Origin: an uncultured Trueperaceae bacterium
GTDB lineage: Bacteria > Deinococcota > Deinococci > Deinococcales > Trueperaceae
Reading direction: 5' to 3'
DNA: 64,000 nucleotides
Assembly: GCA_963727505.1 (NCBI GenBank)
Contig: CAVSGP010000014.1
Span: 71,499 to 135,498, forward strand
In this document: positions 47,916 through 58,773 of the stretch, one piece after another
Numbering within the stretch: position 1 is the stretch's first letter
Layout: the number at the start of each line of letters is the position of its first letter
The notes under the pieces: model-generated
What the model saw: the letters and a program-made list of their open reading frames with translations, nothing else
What the model was told of the DNA's origin: nothing
Databases searched by the model: none
Position numbers and translations under genes: made by a program

Positions 47916-49070
47916 GTGAGCCCGTTGGCGGTGGTCGTGCTGGTGAGCGTGTGCGCCCTGCTGGCGGGGCTGGGGTTCGCACTGTGGGCGGGCTCGAGCG
48001 TGCTGCTCGTGCCCCGGGACTACCGCCTGATGCCCGAGTTCACCGTCCTCGGCTTCGACGACGGCACGGTGACGCTACCCGCGCCGACGTCCGCAGCGCA
48101 GTTCGCCGACACCCGCAAGGAGGGCTCGTTCGGCTTGCTGTGGCGTGCCGGCTACGGGCATCTCGGCCCCGTACTGAGCGATGACGGGGGTCGCGTGGTG
48201 AGGCCCCTCCGGGTCGTCGCAGGGGCACCCCCGGTCGCCGGGGAGCCTGCTCGCATCGACACCTTCCTGTACCGTCGCGATCCCGCGCGCGACCTGGACA
48301 TGAGCTACGAGGAGGTGCGCATTCCGAGCGATGTCGGTCCGCTCGCGGGCTGGTGGCTGCCGGGCGACCCCGGTGCCACGGCCGTGCTCGTGCTGCACGG
48401 GCGGCGCCGCGGCGAGCGGGCGGAGACGCTGCGAGTGCTGCCGACCGTCGCCGCCGACGGGCGCAGCGTGCTGGTGCTCGCCTACCGCAACCATCGCGAT
48501 AGCCCGGCGAGCCCCGACGGCTTCTACCACTACGGCGCGAGCGAGGCCGATGACGCCCTGGCAGGGGCGCGTTTCCTCGCCGAGCGCGGCGTCGCGCGCG
48601 TGGTGCTCTACGGCTTCTCCATGGGGGGCGCCACGGTGCTCGAAGCGCTCAAGCGCTGGCCGCCGGCCGGCGTGCCTACGGTGGCCGGGGTGATCCTCGA
48701 CTCGCCGCTCATCGATCCCACGCCGGTGGCCGAGGAGCGCGTGCGGCTCGCCCGCGTGCCGTTCCCGCGCGCCTGGGCTCGAGCCACGCTGGGGTTGGCG
48801 GCGTGGCGGAGCGGGCTACGCTGGCGAGACCTCGACCAGCGCCGCGACGCCGCGCGTATCGATGTGCCGGTGCTGCTCGTGGCCGGGACCGACGACCACA
48901 CCATCCCGATCAGCGTGGTGGACGCCTTCGCCGAAGGGCTCGGCGAGCGGGTGACCTACCACCGCGTAGCCGGCGCCGATCACATCGAGGCCTGGAATCT
49001 CGACCCGGAGGCCTACGACCGGCGGGTTCGCGCCTTCTTCGCGGCGCTCAGCGCTGCTCGATCGGCGTGA
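47916..49070 (+). CDS. Membrane-anchored alpha/beta hydrolase
   Basis: N-terminal TM, LHG, GFSMG nucleophile, GTDD, ADH. Confidence 0.85.
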   Translation: MSPLAVVVLVSVCALLAGLGFALWAGSSVLLVPRDYRLMPEFTVLGFDDGTVTLPAPTSAAQFADTRKEGSFGLLWRAGYGHLGPVLSDDGGRVVRPLRVVAGAPPVAGEPARIDTFLYRRDPARDLDMSYEEVRIPSDVGPLAGWWLPGDPGATAVLVLHGRRRGERAETLRVLPTVAADGRSVLVLAYRNHRDSPASPDGFYHYGASEADDALAGARFLAERGVARVVLYGFSMGGATVLEALKRWPPAGVPTVAGVILDSPLIDPTPVAEERVRLARVPFPRAWARATLGLAAWRSGLRWRDLDQRRDAARIDVPVLLVAGTDDHTIPISVVDAFAEGLGERVTYHRVAGADHIEAWNLDPEAYDRRVRAFFAALSAARSA

Positions 49071-50190
49071 AGGTACGGCCCACAGGACCGTCGTAGGTCA
49101 GACGGGGACGCATGATGCGGTTGTTGGCGTACTGCTCGTAGAGGTGCGCCATCCAGCCGCTGATGCGCGACACCGCGAAGATCGGGGTGTACATGTCGCG
49201 CGGCAGCCCCAGCATGCGGTAGACGGAGGCCGAGAAGAAGTCGACGTTGGGCTTGACCTGCTTGCCCGTCTTCGCCATCTCCCGGTCCATGACGCGCTCC
49301 ATCTCGAGGCTCATCTCGAACCACTTGCTGTCGCCGGACTCTTCGGCGAGGTGCTGGGCCACGTCCTTGAGGATGAGGGCGCGAGGGTCCATGACCTTGT
49401 AGACGCGGTGGCCGAAGCCCATGACGCGGCCGTTGGGCTTGTGCAGCGTCTCGACCACGTAGGGATCGACCTTCTCGACGCTGCCGATCGACTCCAGCGC
49501 CTGCATCACGCCCACGTTGGCGCCACCGTGGAGCGGCCCCTTGAGGGCGCCCACGGCCGCCGTGATGGCGGAATAGACGTCGGTGAGGGTCGAGGCGGTG
49601 GCCCGGCTCACGAAGGCGCTGGCGTTCGAGCCGTGTTCGGCGTGCAGCACGAGGGCGACGTCCATCACCCGGATGGCTGCCGGCGTGGGGCGTTCGCCGT
49701 TGAGCATGTACAGGAAGTTCGCGGCGATGGAGAGCTCGGGATCGGGTGCTACCGGTTCCTTGCCGTTCCGGATGCGCTCGTACGCGGCCGTGAAGGTGGC
49801 GAACTGCGCCAGCAACTTCAACCCGATGCGGCGCACGTTGGCGTCGTCGACGCCTTCGGCGTCGGGGTCGAGCGCGCCCAGCATCGACACCGCGGTGCGG
49901 ATGGCGTGCATCGGGTGCACGGCCGCGGGCATGCTCCGGAAGGCGTCGAACACCGGTGCCGGCACGGGGAAGTTGGGTGCGAGCTGGGCGTGGAAGGCGT
50001 CGAGCTGCGCGCGGTCGGGCAGGTCGTCGTTCCACAGCAGGTAGGCGACCTCCTCGAAGCTGGCTTTGTCGGCCAGCTCGCGGATGTCGTAGCCGCGGTA
50101 GATCAGCTCACCGCGCTGGCCGTCGATGCGGCTGATCGTAGTGGTGTCGATGTGGACGCCTTCGAGGCCGCGGTAGATCGTCTGTTCCAT
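49048..50190 (-). CDS. gltA: Citrate synthase (or 2-methylcitrate synthase)
   Basis: GLEG, LHGGAN, GFGHRVYK, PNVDF; RBS GGAGG. Confidence 0.9.
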   Translation of the reverse strand: MEQTIYRGLEGVHIDTTTISRIDGQRGELIYRGYDIRELADKASFEEVAYLLWNDDLPDRAQLDAFHAQLAPNFPVPAPVFDAFRSMPAAVHPMHAIRTAVSMLGALDPDAEGVDDANVRRIGLKLLAQFATFTAAYERIRNGKEPVAPDPELSIAANFLYMLNGERPTPAAIRVMDVALVLHAEHGSNASAFVSRATASTLTDVYSAITAAVGALKGPLHGGANVGVMQALESIGSVEKVDPYVVETLHKPNGRVMGFGHRVYKVMDPRALILKDVAQHLAEESGDSKWFEMSLEMERVMDREMAKTGKQVKPNVDFFSASVYRMLGLPRDMYTPIFAVSRISGWMAHLYEQYANNRIMRPRLTYDGPVGRTFTPIEQR

Positions 50191-50226
50191 CAGTCCTCCG
50201 TGGTTTCGCGTATGCGAGCGGTTGGA

Positions 50227-50258
50227 TCTGTCGTCTGCACGCTCTGTCGTCTGCACGC
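50227..50258. repeat. 16-bp tandem repeat x2 in the citrate synthase leader
   Basis: tctgtcgtctgcacgc twice. Confidence 0.9.
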
Positions 50259-50390
50259 TCGGTGCGGCGCACGCAGCGGGACTCGGGGGAGGACCCGGGA
50301 GCGGTGGCGTTGCGTCGTGCGTTCAGTCTACCCAATCACCGCGCCCCCTCCCGGTCGCGCCGGGTTCGAACGGGGCCAGTTGTGAGCGCG

Positions 50391-51641
50391 TCAGGCCATC
50401 GGGATCAGCCAGGCAGCCGCAATGCAGCCCACCGCTGCCAGCAGCAGGGTGACCAGCACCAAACGTCCGAACGGGCGCGTTCCGATCGTCAGTGCCAGGC
50501 CCGCCTTGAACAGACTGTTGGTGGCCGCAGCGATGGCCAGGCTACGCGCCGCTACATGCACGTCGAGGCCGCTGCCGACCTGGTGGGCCAGCGTCAGTGT
50601 GATGGCGTCGAGCTGCGTGACGCCGGCGAGCGCGCTGGCCAGGTACAGCCCCTGCTCGCCGAGGTAGACCTGGGCGGCCTTCGCGGCCAGCAGGACGACG
50701 CTGAACAGCACGGCGAACTGCAGGGCAGTGCGCAACTCGAAGGGGTTGTTGACCTTCGCGCCCTCGAGGTGCTCGCGTTTGCGCTTCCGCAGCGCCGTCA
50801 GCCCGCCCACCGTCGTGATCACGAAGAGCACGCCCAGCGGGATCAGCGTGGGGAGGATGATCCTGGGCTGCAGCACGCCGAGCAGCACCCACAGGCGGGG
50901 CACCATCACAGCGGACGCTGCCAGGACTCCGATGGCGTAGACGACGGCGAGCGCCGGCTGCTTCTTGCTGCGTTCGCTGAAGCTCATGGTGACGGCGGTG
51001 CTCGAGGCCAGGCCTCCCAGCAGCCCGCTCCAGCCGATGCCGCGGGTGGCGCCGATGAGCTTGGACGCCACGTAGCCTACGAAGGACAGCCCGGAGATCA
51101 GCACGACCAGCAACCAGATCGTGCGGGGGTTCCACACCCCCCACGGTCCGAACGTCTCGTTCGGCACCAGCGGGAGGACCACGAGCGAAACCACCGCGAA
51201 CTGCACCACGGCGTAGAGGTCTTCGCGCGAGATGGCGCCGGCGAGGTGCCGCAGCTCGGTGCGCATCGACAGCATGCCGGTCGTGATCACGGCGCCCGCG
51301 AGGGCGGGGATGAACTGGCCGTAGCCCGCCAGCACTCCGAGCCCGTAGGCGACCAGCACGGCGACCTGCGTGGTCCCCCCGACCTTCTCGCCGACGGTCT
51401 CGCGCCAGTACGCCAGGGCGATCAGCACCGCCAGCGGAAGGAAGCTGGCGACGAGCACCCACGACGAGACGGTCTGCGTGAGGGTGCCCACCACGGCGCC
51501 GAACAGGGCGATGAGCGGGAAGGTGCGGATGCCGGCGAAGATCGAGCCCTGCACCTCGCGCTTGCGCTCGCGCTCCAGGCCGATGAGGAAGCCGAGCAGG
51601 ACGGCGACGAGGAAGGAGAGGATGACCTGCTTAGAGTCCAC
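50391..51641 (-). CDS. MgtC/SapB-DUF4010 family membrane protein
   Basis: GFLIGLERE, AGIRTFPLI, GGLASSTAVT. Confidence 0.88.
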   Translation of the reverse strand: MDSKQVILSFLVAVLLGFLIGLERERKREVQGSIFAGIRTFPLIALFGAVVGTLTQTVSSWVLVASFLPLAVLIALAYWRETVGEKVGGTTQVAVLVAYGLGVLAGYGQFIPALAGAVITTGMLSMRTELRHLAGAISREDLYAVVQFAVVSLVVLPLVPNETFGPWGVWNPRTIWLLVVLISGLSFVGYVASKLIGATRGIGWSGLLGGLASSTAVTMSFSERSKKQPALAVVYAIGVLAASAVMVPRLWVLLGVLQPRIILPTLIPLGVLFVITTVGGLTALRKRKREHLEGAKVNNPFELRTALQFAVLFSVVLLAAKAAQVYLGEQGLYLASALAGVTQLDAITLTLAHQVGSGLDVHVAARSLAIAAATNSLFKAGLALTIGTRPFGRLVLVTLLLAAVGCIAAAWLIPMA

Positions 51642-51729
51642 GATGCGCCATTCTAAGCCGAGGGCACGGCCCCCACGGGCGGTGGTCCCCTAGAACCTGG
51701 CGGTAGCGCCCGGCGGCGAACGCCGGCGT

Positions 51730-52527
51730 TCAGGCTCGCCGGACGAGATCGACGAGCGCCGCGCCGTAACGCTCCAGCTTCACCGGGCCGATGCCGTGCA
51801 CCCGGGCCAGCGCCTCCAGCTCGGTCGGGCGCTGCTCCACGATGGCGTCGAGGGTCGCGTCGCTGAGCAACAGGGCCTCACTGCGGCCCTCGCTCGCCGC
51901 GTTGTCGCGTCGCCAGTCTTCGAGCGAGGCGCGCAGGGTCGCGTCCGAGGCCGCACCGGACGTCGGCGCAGCCTGCGACGGCACGCCATCCGGAGCGGTC
52001 GTATCAGATGCCGCGGCGTCCGAAGGAGCGCCGGGGGAAGGCGTGGCGGCCCCTCCACCGCCCGGTGCCGGTGCCGGGATCGACCCGTCGGCGGGGGAGC
52101 GCCGCGACAGCGCCACCATGGCGATGCCTGCCGCGATCAGCAGCACTGCGAAGATCGACGAGGTCAGCACGCCGGTCTCGGCCAGCCCCGTCACCACCCC
52201 GAGGGCGATGAGGCCGAGCCCGACGGTGCGCGGCCAGCGGTAGTCGCGCGGCGCAGCCAGGTCGATGGCGGCCACGCCGGCACCGAGGCTCACCAGGAAC
52301 GCGCCCGGCCAGTGCCAGCTCCCCTCGAGCAGGATGCCGACGGCCACGCCCATCAGCACGGAGCCCAGGACCAGGAAGGCGTAGACGCGTTCGCGCTGGT
52401 AGGCCGCCAGGAAGCCGGCAGCGACCAGACCGATCCACAGCCAGCCCGAGTCCCCCGTGAGACGGGACAGCAGGGCGACCAGACCGATCGCGATGAGCGC
52501 ATAGGCGACGAGCCGCGTGTTGGTCAT
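51730..52527 (-). CDS. Multi-TM membrane protein with C-terminal HRDC domain
   Basis: About six TM helices, Pro/Ala linker, WRR...SDATL..I....P..LEAL..VHGIGPVKLERYG; RBS AGGAG. Confidence 0.8.
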   Translation of the reverse strand: MTNTRLVAYALIAIGLVALLSRLTGDSGWLWIGLVAAGFLAAYQRERVYAFLVLGSVLMGVAVGILLEGSWHWPGAFLVSLGAGVAAIDLAAPRDYRWPRTVGLGLIALGVVTGLAETGVLTSSIFAVLLIAAGIAMVALSRRSPADGSIPAPAPGGGGAATPSPGAPSDAAASDTTAPDGVPSQAAPTSGAASDATLRASLEDWRRDNAASEGRSEALLLSDATLDAIVEQRPTELEALARVHGIGPVKLERYGAALVDLVRRA

Positions 52528-52749
52528 GGCGTGCGAGTCTCCTCTCGCAGATGGTGGGCGGGCGGGACCGTCTTCAGGCCAGTGTAGCGTCCCGGCGGGG
52601 CCGTGCGGCCGCGCCACGCGCGCGCCCGTGACTTCCGCCTGCTATGGGATGGACTACAACGGCGCCCTGGAGGGGGTGGTATTGTGCCCTCGAACCTGGA
52701 AGGCGAGGCGCGCCGTGAGCGTCACGGCGGCTCGATCATGGCACTCGCG

Positions 52750-54037
<1,288 letters not shown>

Positions 54038-54071
54038 GCCGCTGCGGCCCGCCGATCGGGAGGGCTGAGCC

Positions 54072-55049
54072 GTGGCCGTTCAGACGATGGTGCAGACCAT
54101 CGCCCGCACGCTCGACCAGGAGATGAGCCTCGACGAACGCGTGGTCGTGATGGGGCAGGACGTGGGAAAGCGTGGAGGCGTGTTCCTCGCCACCGAGAAG
54201 CTCTTCGACAAGTACGGCCCGGACCGGGTGATCGACTCGCCGCTCTCGGAGGCGGCGATCATCGGCTCGGCGTTGGGCATGGCGGTGCACGGACTGCGGC
54301 CGGTGGCGGAGATCCAGTTCTCCGACTACGTCTTCCCCGGCTTCGACCAGCTGGTTTCGCAGGTGGCAAAGCTGCGCTACCGCTCCGCCGGACAGTTCAC
54401 GGCTCCACTGGTGATCCGCATGCCCTCGGGCGGGGGTGTCAAGGGGGGCCACCACCACTCGCAATCGCCCGAGACGCACTTCGTGCACACGGCGGGGCTG
54501 AAGGTGGTCTATCCCTCCACTCCGACCGATGCCCGAGGGCTCTTGCGCACGGCCATCCGCGACGAGGACCCGGTCGTGTTCCTGGAGCCCAAGCGGCTCT
54601 ACCGAGCGGTGAAGGAGGACGTTCCCGACGATCCCGAGTTCGCGCTCCCCTTCGGCCAGGCCGTCGTGCGTCGGCAGGGGGACGATGTGGTCCTGGTGTC
54701 CTACGGGGGCAGCATGGCGGAGACGCTCAAGGCCGCCGATGCGCTCGCCGAGCAGGGCGTGTCCGCCCATGTCATCGATCTCCGATCGCTCATGCCGTGG
54801 GACAAGGGAACCGTGCTGGACGCGGTAGCGCGTGTGGGCCGGGTGGTGCTGGTGAGCGAGGCGCCGCGCACCAACGGCTTCATGAGCGAGGTCGGCGCGA
54901 CCCTGGCCGAAGAGGCGCTCGACCTGCTGCTGGCCCCGCCGCTGCGGGTGTCCGGCTTCGATACGCCCTACCCCTACGCTCAGGATCGGGAGTACCTACC
55001 GGGCCCGAACCGCATCCTGAAGGGCGTCAAGAGGGTCCTCGACTACTGA
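54072..55049 (+). CDS. 2-oxo-acid dehydrogenase E1 beta
   Basis: [29 protein letters not shown]. Confidence 0.92.
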   Translation: MAVQTMVQTIARTLDQEMSLDERVVVMGQDVGKRGGVFLATEKLFDKYGPDRVIDSPLSEAAIIGSALGMAVHGLRPVAEIQFSDYVFPGFDQLVSQVAKLRYRSAGQFTAPLVIRMPSGGGVKGGHHHSQSPETHFVHTAGLKVVYPSTPTDARGLLRTAIRDEDPVVFLEPKRLYRAVKEDVPDDPEFALPFGQAVVRRQGDDVVLVSYGGSMAETLKAADALAEQGVSAHVIDLRSLMPWDKGTVLDAVARVGRVVLVSEAPRTNGFMSEVGATLAEEALDLLLAPPLRVSGFDTPYPYAQDREYLPGPNRILKGVKRVLDY

Positions 55050-55151
55050 TCCTGCGGGCCGGCCGGCGTCTCGACCCGGGCGCCGCCGCGGTCCTGGTAG
55101 CGTGACGCTAGCGATCTGCAGGCCGCGACGGAGCGGCCGCGAGGAGTGTGC

Positions 55152-56573
55152 ATGCCAAGAGAGTTACGGCTTCCCGAGCTCGCCGAGTCGGTGGTGGAGG
55201 GTGAGATCGTCCGCTGGCTCGTCGCGGAGGGCGAGGAGGTCCAACAGGACCAGCCCGTCGTCGAGGTGATGACCGACAAGGTCACCGTCGAGCTGCCCAG
55301 TCCCTACGCGGGCGTTCTGCAGAAGCAGCTGGTGGGCGAAGGCGCCGTGGTGCCCGTCCACGAACTGATCGCCCTGTTCGCCGACGCCGACGGAGGCGCC
55401 GGCTCGGCGGCGCCAGCGCAGGACGACGGTACGGCCGACCGCGCGTCCGAGCCCAGCCTCCAGGCCGCGGAGGAGCGCTCGATCGTCGAGCCCGGCGGCG
55501 GTGCGGAGGAGGACGACGGCTCGAGCCTGTCGCTGTTCCGCCCCGGCCCCGAGGAGGAGGGCGGCACGCCCTTCCAGGTGCGTTCGGGAGGCGCCGCCGT
55601 TGCCCCCCGGCCCGCCGAGCCCCGGCCTTCCGAACCCTCGGCGCCGCGACCCGGACCGGTGGCGCGCGGGCCCTACGGTCGCGTCCTGGCGGTGCCCGCC
55701 GCGCGGAAGCTCGCCCGCGAGCTCGAGGTCGACATCGAGAAGGTCGAGGGGAGCGGCCCGAACGGCCGTATCCGCGTGGACGATGTGCGCGCCCACGCCG
55801 AGCGCGGGCGCGGCGCGGCCGCCCCCAGCCGCCCGCCGGCGCGATACACGAGCCCCGAGGGCTACGCCGCGTTGGAGGAGCGCATCCCATTGCGGGGCCT
55901 GCGCCGCGTGATCTCCAACCAGATGCTGGCGTCGCACCTGCAGACGGTGCGCACCCTGCACGTCGACGAGGCCGACGTGAGCGCGCTGGTCGCGCTGCGG
56001 CGCCGGCTCAAGCCGGTGGCCGAGGCGCGCGGCGTCAAGCTCTCCTACCTGCCGTTCATCATGAAGGCGGTGGTCGCTGCTCTGCAGGAGTTCCCGCAGC
56101 TCAATGCCAGCATGGACGAGGAAGCGGGAGAGATCGTCCGCAAGCACTACTACAACCTCGGGATGGCCGTCGCGACCGATGCGGGCCTCACCGTCCCTGT
56201 GGTGAAGGATGTCGAGCAACGGACCATCCTGGAGCTTGCGGCCGAGGTGAACCGCCTGGCGGCGGCGGCCCGCGACGGCAAGCTCACCACCGACGACGTG
56301 CGCGGCGGCACCTTTTCCATCACGAACATCGGCAGCCTCGGCGGGCTGTTCAGCTTCCCGATCATCAACATCCCGGAGGCCGCCATCCTCGGCGTGCACT
56401 CCATCAAGCGCAGACCGGTGGTGCTCGCCGACGACAGCATCGTGGCGCGGGACATGCTCTACCTCAGCCTGTCGTTCGACCATCGGGTCGTCGACGGCGC
56501 GGAGGGCGCGCTGTTCACCGGTCGTGTCATCGAGTTGCTGGAGACGCCGGAAGCGATGATGCTCGACTTGTAG
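55152..56573 (+). CDS. Dihydrolipoamide acyltransferase E2
   Basis: Lipoyl EVMTDKV, E3-binding PAARKLARE, catalytic DHRVVDG. Confidence 0.93.
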   Translation: MPRELRLPELAESVVEGEIVRWLVAEGEEVQQDQPVVEVMTDKVTVELPSPYAGVLQKQLVGEGAVVPVHELIALFADADGGAGSAAPAQDDGTADRASEPSLQAAEERSIVEPGGGAEEDDGSSLSLFRPGPEEEGGTPFQVRSGGAAVAPRPAEPRPSEPSAPRPGPVARGPYGRVLAVPAARKLARELEVDIEKVEGSGPNGRIRVDDVRAHAERGRGAAAPSRPPARYTSPEGYAALEERIPLRGLRRVISNQMLASHLQTVRTLHVDEADVSALVALRRRLKPVAEARGVKLSYLPFIMKAVVAALQEFPQLNASMDEEAGEIVRKHYYNLGMAVATDAGLTVPVVKDVEQRTILELAAEVNRLAAAARDGKLTTDDVRGGTFSITNIGSLGGLFSFPIINIPEAAILGVHSIKRRPVVLADDSIVARDMLYLSLSFDHRVVDGAEGALFTGRVIELLETPEAMMLDL

Positions 56574-56617
56574 CCGATCGCCGCCGAGGGCGTGGGCGCC
56601 CGCGAGGCGGCCCCGAC

Positions 56618-56653
56618 CCGAAGCGAAGATCCGAAGCGAAGATTCCGAAGCGA
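56618..56653. repeat. Short tandem repeat ccgaagcgaagat (about 2.7 units)
   Basis: ccgaagcgaagat ccgaagcgaagatt ccgaagcga. Confidence 0.85.
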
Positions 56654-56686
56654 CGTGGAGCGCCCCGATCTCGGGGCGCTCCACGT
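56653..56686. terminator. Bidirectional terminator between convergent operons
   Basis: acgtggagcgccccga-tc-tcggggcgctccacgt. Confidence 0.8.
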
Positions 56687-56738
56687 TATGTGTCAGCGGT
56701 CGTGTGTCAGCAGGGGCGGGGCTCGGAGCCCGCCGGGC

Positions 56739-58763
56739 TCACGGCGCGGCCGTGGCCGTGGCCGCCGCCGACGGCGTCCCGATGCGACCGTTCACGACGG
56801 CCACGATCCGGTAGCGGTCGCCGGCGGCGCCGCTCTCGTCGAGGTAGCTGGTGGCGGTCAACGGATCGGAGATCTGCACGAACGCGCCGCTCCCCTGCGC
56901 GCGCTCGACCGCGTAGGCGACGCCAGGCTCCTGGAGCGGCTGCCAGGTGAGGCGCACCCCGGCCTTGCCGGCGCTGGCGGCGAGGCCCTCGACGGTTCCC
57001 GGCCCCGCCAGGCTGAAGGCCGTGGCAGAGACCGCGGCCGATGGCGGCGAGGCGTTGCCGGCGGCGTCGACCGCGATCAGCTCGTAGGCGTAGCGGGTCC
57101 CCGCCGTCACCTGGTGGTCGACGTAGCTGCTGGCGCTGGGTGGCAGGTCCGCGCCCAGCCGGACGTAAGCGGCGCTCCCGGCCGAGCGCAGCAGACGGTA
57201 GGCGTGGATGTCGGGGTTGGCGTTGCCCGCCCAGCGCACGGCGATGGCTCCGTCCGACGGCGTGATCGAGGTCAGCACCGGCGCTGGCGGCGCGGTCTTG
57301 TCGACGACCTTCCCGGTCACGGCCGTCGACGGCTTGCTGGCCACGTCGGTGGCGTTCACGGCCACGACCCGGAAGCTGTAGCTGTCGAGCGAGTTGGCCG
57401 GCACGGGCTGGGAGAAGTGGGTCGTCGTCACCTGAGCCACCAGCTGGTAGCTGGCCAGCGGGGCCTGTGGGTCGCGCCCCGCGAACACCTTGTAGCTGGC
57501 CACGTCGTTCTGCGGCGGAGCCTGCCAGGCGAGCTCCAGCGAGTGGGTGGTGGCCTTCAGCGTGAGGCCGGTGGGCGCGTCGGGCGGATCGAAGTCCGCG
57601 CCGCGCTCGGACCGCAGCGGCCCCACCGGACCGAGCCGGCCGTCGGCGTCGACGGCCGCCAGTGCGTAATAGTAGTTCACCCCGCCCTGCACGGGCTTGT
57701 CGAGGTAGCTGGTGGCATCCGGAGCGAGCGCGTGCGGCGTGATCTGGGTGGGGCGCTTGGCCGGGTCGGTGGTGCGCAGCACCGCGATGCCCTTCACCCG
57801 CGGGTCGCTGGGCGCCGTCCAGTGCAGGCGGACGGCCTTGTCGAGCACGTCGTCGCCGGTGATGGCGATGCGGGGCAGCGGGTGGGGGTTGGGCACGGTG
57901 AAGGTCAGTGGCTGCGACGCGTTCGCCTTGCGCCCGAACAGGTCGATGGCCACCACCGTGTAGACGTAGCGTTGGCCAGGGGTGGCCTTGGGGTCCTGGA
58001 GGAAGTCCTCGGACGTGGTGTCGCCGGGCGCCGGCAGGAACATGGGGTTGGCGGTGAGCTGGATCCGGCTGCCGTCGGGGTTGCGGCGGTAGACCTCATA
58101 GGCGGTCACCAGGGAGCTGGCCGCGGGGCGTGCCCAGTGCAGGTGCACGGCGCCCGCGCTGTAGCTCGCGGTCAGGCCCGAGGCGGGGTCCAGGGGGGTG
58201 GGTTGCCCCGCGGTGATGTGCACCGCGCCGATGACCCGGCCGCCGGCCCCGGCGACCCGCACCTGGTAGAGGTAGCTCACGCCGGCGGTGACGTCCTTGT
58301 CCTCGATGAGCAGGCCCAGCGCGCGGGCCAGGCGCGGGCGTGCCACCGTCTGCAGGACGCCGATGGCGCGGGCGAAGGCGGTGTCGCTGGAGCTGGCGTT
58401 GGAGCCCCCGAACCCGGGGGCGAAGAGCTGGGTGAGGTAGGCGTACTCGTCCTGGCTGGCGTAGCCGTCGGCGACAGCCTGTTTCTCGGGCATGGGCGAC
58501 GCGACGGGGATGCGCTTGGTCGTGCCCCCGCCGGTGCGGATGACGACGAAGCCAGTCTTGGGCAGGATGTGGTCGGGCGCGAACCAGCGCAGCAGCACAC
58601 CGGTCCTGGTGGCCGCTGCGGCGACCGGGACGGGTGGGGGGCTGGCGGTCTGGGCCGCGGACGTCTGGGCGGAGGCAGGCGCGGCGCTGGTAGCCAGCGC
58701 CAGCAGGACGGTGGCCAGGCGGGTGAGGCGTCGGCCGGTGGCGAGCAGGTCGGGGAGGGTCAC
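56739..58763 (-). CDS. Secreted protein with about six fibronectin type III domains
   Basis: Signal peptide (ASA|QT); repeated 'P.GL...V.L.W..P...Y.VYR...Y.D...Y.Y.V.AVD..G..S' units; start GTG 58763 (or 58766) after GAGGTG. Confidence 0.85.
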   Translation of the reverse strand: MTLPDLLATGRRLTRLATVLLALATSAAPASAQTSAAQTASPPPVPVAAAATRTGVLLRWFAPDHILPKTGFVVIRTGGGTTKRIPVASPMPEKQAVADGYASQDEYAYLTQLFAPGFGGSNASSSDTAFARAIGVLQTVARPRLARALGLLIEDKDVTAGVSYLYQVRVAGAGGRVIGAVHITAGQPTPLDPASGLTASYSAGAVHLHWARPAASSLVTAYEVYRRNPDGSRIQLTANPMFLPAPGDTTSEDFLQDPKATPGQRYVYTVVAIDLFGRKANASQPLTFTVPNPHPLPRIAITGDDVLDKAVRLHWTAPSDPRVKGIAVLRTTDPAKRPTQITPHALAPDATSYLDKPVQGGVNYYYALAAVDADGRLGPVGPLRSERGADFDPPDAPTGLTLKATTHSLELAWQAPPQNDVASYKVFAGRDPQAPLASYQLVAQVTTTHFSQPVPANSLDSYSFRVVAVNATDVASKPSTAVTGKVVDKTAPPAPVLTSITPSDGAIAVRWAGNANPDIHAYRLLRSAGSAAYVRLGADLPPSASSYVDHQVTAGTRYAYELIAVDAAGNASPPSAAVSATAFSLAGPGTVEGLAASAGKAGVRLTWQPLQEPGVAYAVERAQGSGAFVQISDPLTATSYLDESGAAGDRYRIVAVVNGRIGTPSAAATATAAP

Positions 58764-58773
58764 CACAATCACC

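Noticed and set aside
49048..49070. 23-nt 3' overlap of convergent hydrolase and citrate synthase genes
   Set aside because: Short convergent overlaps are routine in GC-rich genomes.
56618..56653. ccgaagcgaagat tandem repeat as a mobile-element end or iteron
   Set aside because: Under three units, adjacent to a terminator, with no transposase or rep gene.
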